Shown here piece after piece: positions 36,453 to 38,683 of a stretch of 38,683 nt of DNA. The notes under the pieces are model-generated. The model saw only the letters and a list, made by a program, of their open reading frames with translations, did not search any database and was not told the DNA's origin. The stretch's first letter is position 1, and each line of letters begins with the position of its first letter. Made by a program: the position numbers and the translations under genes. The stretch is from a phage, in the NCBI GenBank assembly GCA_033178465.1, contig GCA_033178465.1_4726.3; one strand, given 5' to 3'.

Positions 36453-38594
36453 ATGGGTATTCTTGTTCAAAACGCCCTAATCACCAAACAGGCATTTTTA
36501 TTACCGGGCGATAGCAGCACGCTTAGTGCCGACATGATTAAAGCGAGACATACACCGTATTCCTACGATAACGTCGATGATACCACCTTAGGTGGGAACT
36601 GGGTACTTAACCCACCACCGCAATATACCAAATTTGCCGACATCAAAGAACGCCGACGTGCGGTTATGCCAGGATCAACGGGCATGGGTCGAGGCTATAG
36701 TGAAAGCATTAACAGCTTTAAAGAGGTCGTTACGTTACGATTCGGTAAACCTCGCTTTACAGGCGCAAGTATCTTCTTTACTGATTTCTACGATGCGGAT
36801 GTTGCCGTAACGGTTAAAACCGGTCGCGATCCCGGTATTCTTTATTACGCAGCCAAAGCGTATACCACCGTTCTTTCTTACCTCACACCTCTACCTTACC
36901 TGTATATGGTTGGACGTATCGGTCGATATTTCCTGGGTAAGCCTACCAGTCAATATTACTATCAAGTACCAACCATGCATGTGTATTGGGCGTCTTTCCA
37001 GACGCTGGTAAACCAAACAGCGATAAACATGGGTCTTATCGCCGGTGCTGGTAAAGATAAAGGCTACGTGGAAGAAGGGGGTACCGTACTCCACCAATAT
37101 TCAATCGGTGGTCAGAACGTTGAAGAATTCATCAACTACGCCTCTAAGACGCTACCGGGGATTTATAAGAAAGGTGGTGGGATCGATATCTATCAGATCG
37201 CAACACGTCGTCAGCGTATACAGAACGCATGGGTACGTCGTATTCAATCCATGATGGAAAACGACTACTCGTCTTACGAGGAGTTCTGGAACGATCTTGA
37301 TAAACGACTTGATAGCGGAGCATTTCCATCGGATGTAACCGGCCGTACGTTAACGCAGTATCTCGCCGATACGCAGAAGTCTGCTGTTTACAGTGCGACA
37401 GCTGGTGATAATAAACAAACGATGGACGACCTTTTATTTGGAAGAGCCTCGTACACCAATAAAGATGCCGATGCTAACTTCAATGTCTCAGCAGCTACCT
37501 CCGACGGCGGTACGTCAACACAGAGTCAGGGTACAACAGCCAATGTCGGTAATTCAACGTCAGGGACAACGCAGGCTTCAACAGCAGCATCAACGGCTGG
37601 AGGCGCGAACGTACAGAGCAAAGGAATCGGTCAAACGAACGCAGCCGAAGAAGCTACGTTTCTTGATCTGATGGATGCTGAACTGGCCGACGGCGCTCAG
37701 TTTATCAGTTTTCGAGTCGATTCTGTCACCAGCGTAACCGAAACGTTTTCAAACAGCGCTTCAGAAAGTTCAATCGCACAGACGATGAATAGCCGCGCGC
37801 AAGCGAACATCGAACGTCGTTTCACCCTTTCCGGTGGTAATACAGGTTGGGCTGTACTAGACGAAGCCATCAAAGCCGGTTCCGATCTCGTTAATGGTGC
37901 TATTTCCGGGATGGGTCTGGATGGTATTTTTGGTGCCTTCATGGGTTCCGGCTTCGCTGACATTCCGAAATTCTATTCTGGATCATCGGTAAGTCTACCG
38001 CGTGCGGATCTGACGATGGAATTACGTTCCTGGAGTGGGGACCGCTGGTCGATCTTTACGAACCTCATGGTACCTCTTTTAGCTATCCTTGCAGGCGGTT
38101 TGCCTCAGGCTACCGGTAAATCGTCCTACGGGATGCCGTTCATGTGTGAGTGTTATATTCCCGGTAAAGTCCAGATTAAAATGGGTCTTATCGATAACAT
38201 CACTGTGACGCGTCATGTTGGAAACGTGCCGTCAACACGTGAGCGGTTACCGTTAGGCATCGATGTCAGCTTCAGTGTTTATGACCTGTCGTCCATCGTC
38301 GCCATGCCGATCACAACGACGGCCGCATCGATCGCAAAACTGGATCCTCGTGGCTTCTTAAGCGATCTTCTTGCTGACGATACCCCACTCAACAACTATC
38401 TTGCTGTATTATCGGCATTGACACTTACGGAACAAGTTTACATGATTCCTGATTTAAGTCGTCGCATGCATAAAACCATGGCTGATATCGACAGTTTCTG
38501 GAGCAAAGGTAATTTTGCTAGCTGGTTGTCTGACACCATGCCTGGCAGGATAGCATCAGGGCTGTTATGGAAACGTACGGAACGACCGTTCTGA
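36453..38594 (+). CDS. hypothetical protein, probable virion/tail-associated protein (713 aa)
   Basis: Long ORF with ATG at 36453 after GAGGAA; follows the giant protein gene on the same strand; contains a Ser/Thr/Gly-rich low-complexity segment (TSDGGTSTQSQGTTANVGNSTSGTTQASTAASTAGG) and a C-terminal hydrophobic segment (LMVPLLAILAGGL). No enzymatic motif recognised. Confidence 0.6.
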   Translation: MGILVQNALITKQAFLLPGDSSTLSADMIKARHTPYSYDNVDDTTLGGNWVLNPPPQYTKFADIKERRRAVMPGSTGMGRGYSESINSFKEVVTLRFGKPRFTGASIFFTDFYDADVAVTVKTGRDPGILYYAAKAYTTVLSYLTPLPYLYMVGRIGRYFLGKPTSQYYYQVPTMHVYWASFQTLVNQTAINMGLIAGAGKDKGYVEEGGTVLHQYSIGGQNVEEFINYASKTLPGIYKKGGGIDIYQIATRRQRIQNAWVRRIQSMMENDYSSYEEFWNDLDKRLDSGAFPSDVTGRTLTQYLADTQKSAVYSATAGDNKQTMDDLLFGRASYTNKDADANFNVSAATSDGGTSTQSQGTTANVGNSTSGTTQASTAASTAGGANVQSKGIGQTNAAEEATFLDLMDAELADGAQFISFRVDSVTSVTETFSNSASESSIAQTMNSRAQANIERRFTLSGGNTGWAVLDEAIKAGSDLVNGAISGMGLDGIFGAFMGSGFADIPKFYSGSSVSLPRADLTMELRSWSGDRWSIFTNLMVPLLAILAGGLPQATGKSSYGMPFMCECYIPGKVQIKMGLIDNITVTRHVGNVPSTRERLPLGIDVSFSVYDLSSIVAMPITTTAASIAKLDPRGFLSDLLADDTPLNNYLAVLSALTLTEQVYMIPDLSRRMHKTMADIDSFWSKGNFASWLSDTMPGRIASGLLWKRTERPF

Positions 38595-38611
38595 TATTCA
38601 CTGCATAAACC

Positions 38612-38643
38612 CCCTCTCCCTTCCCTGATGGGTTGGGAGAGGG
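38612..38643 (+). terminator. hairpin CCCTCTCCCTTCCC-TGAT-GGGTTGGGAGAGGG after the 713-aa gene
   Basis: 14-bp stem with two T-T mismatches (9 perfect outer base pairs), 17 nt after the stop at 38594; followed by ATTATGTT, a weak U-tract. Confidence 0.4.
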
Positions 38644-38683
38644 ATTATGTTAACCTAACGACACCGTCGGTAAATCAGGATAA

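Noticed and set aside
1-38683. tRNA genes, CRISPR arrays, integrase or transposase
   Set aside because: No T-loop-like GGTTCGAATCC-type motif in a cloverleaf context in intergenic DNA, no regularly spaced direct repeats, and no ORF with recombinase or transposase motifs. This was a by-eye scan, not a tRNAscan or CRISPR-finder run.

Overview
This 38.7-kb window reads as a densely coding segment of a large tailed phage genome, most likely a phiKZ-like jumbo myovirus of an enterobacterial-type host, not bacterial chromosome. I found no tRNA, rRNA, CRISPR array, integrase or transposase. The strongest signals are: (1) two adjacent minus-strand genes encoding fragments of a multisubunit RNA polymerase, a beta-prime N-terminal fragment carrying the DFDGD catalytic motif (27846..29492) and a 1448-aa beta-like protein (23496..27842); (2) a divergently transcribed 2221-aa giant protein (29738..36403) with a GH19-type muralytic domain, a glycine-zipper hydrophobic segment and a tandem internal repeat; (3) a large terminase (5814..8045); (4) a highly codon-optimised pair on the plus strand that fits tail sheath and tail tube (13498..16476). 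Most other ORFs are hypothetical proteins arranged in tightly coupled minus-strand operons. Gene boundaries are punctuated by a recurring family of GC-rich hairpins with a CT-rich arm and a GA-rich arm. Two items look accessory rather than core: a translationally coupled DUF488-like plus 179-aa gene pair (16551..17503) and a single opposite-strand gene (3988..5226). All functional calls rest on motifs I could read in the translations and on remembered family signatures; no database search was run. ORF-track starts at GTG/TTG were revised to the nearest ATG with a Shine-Dalgarno sequence where one was evident.
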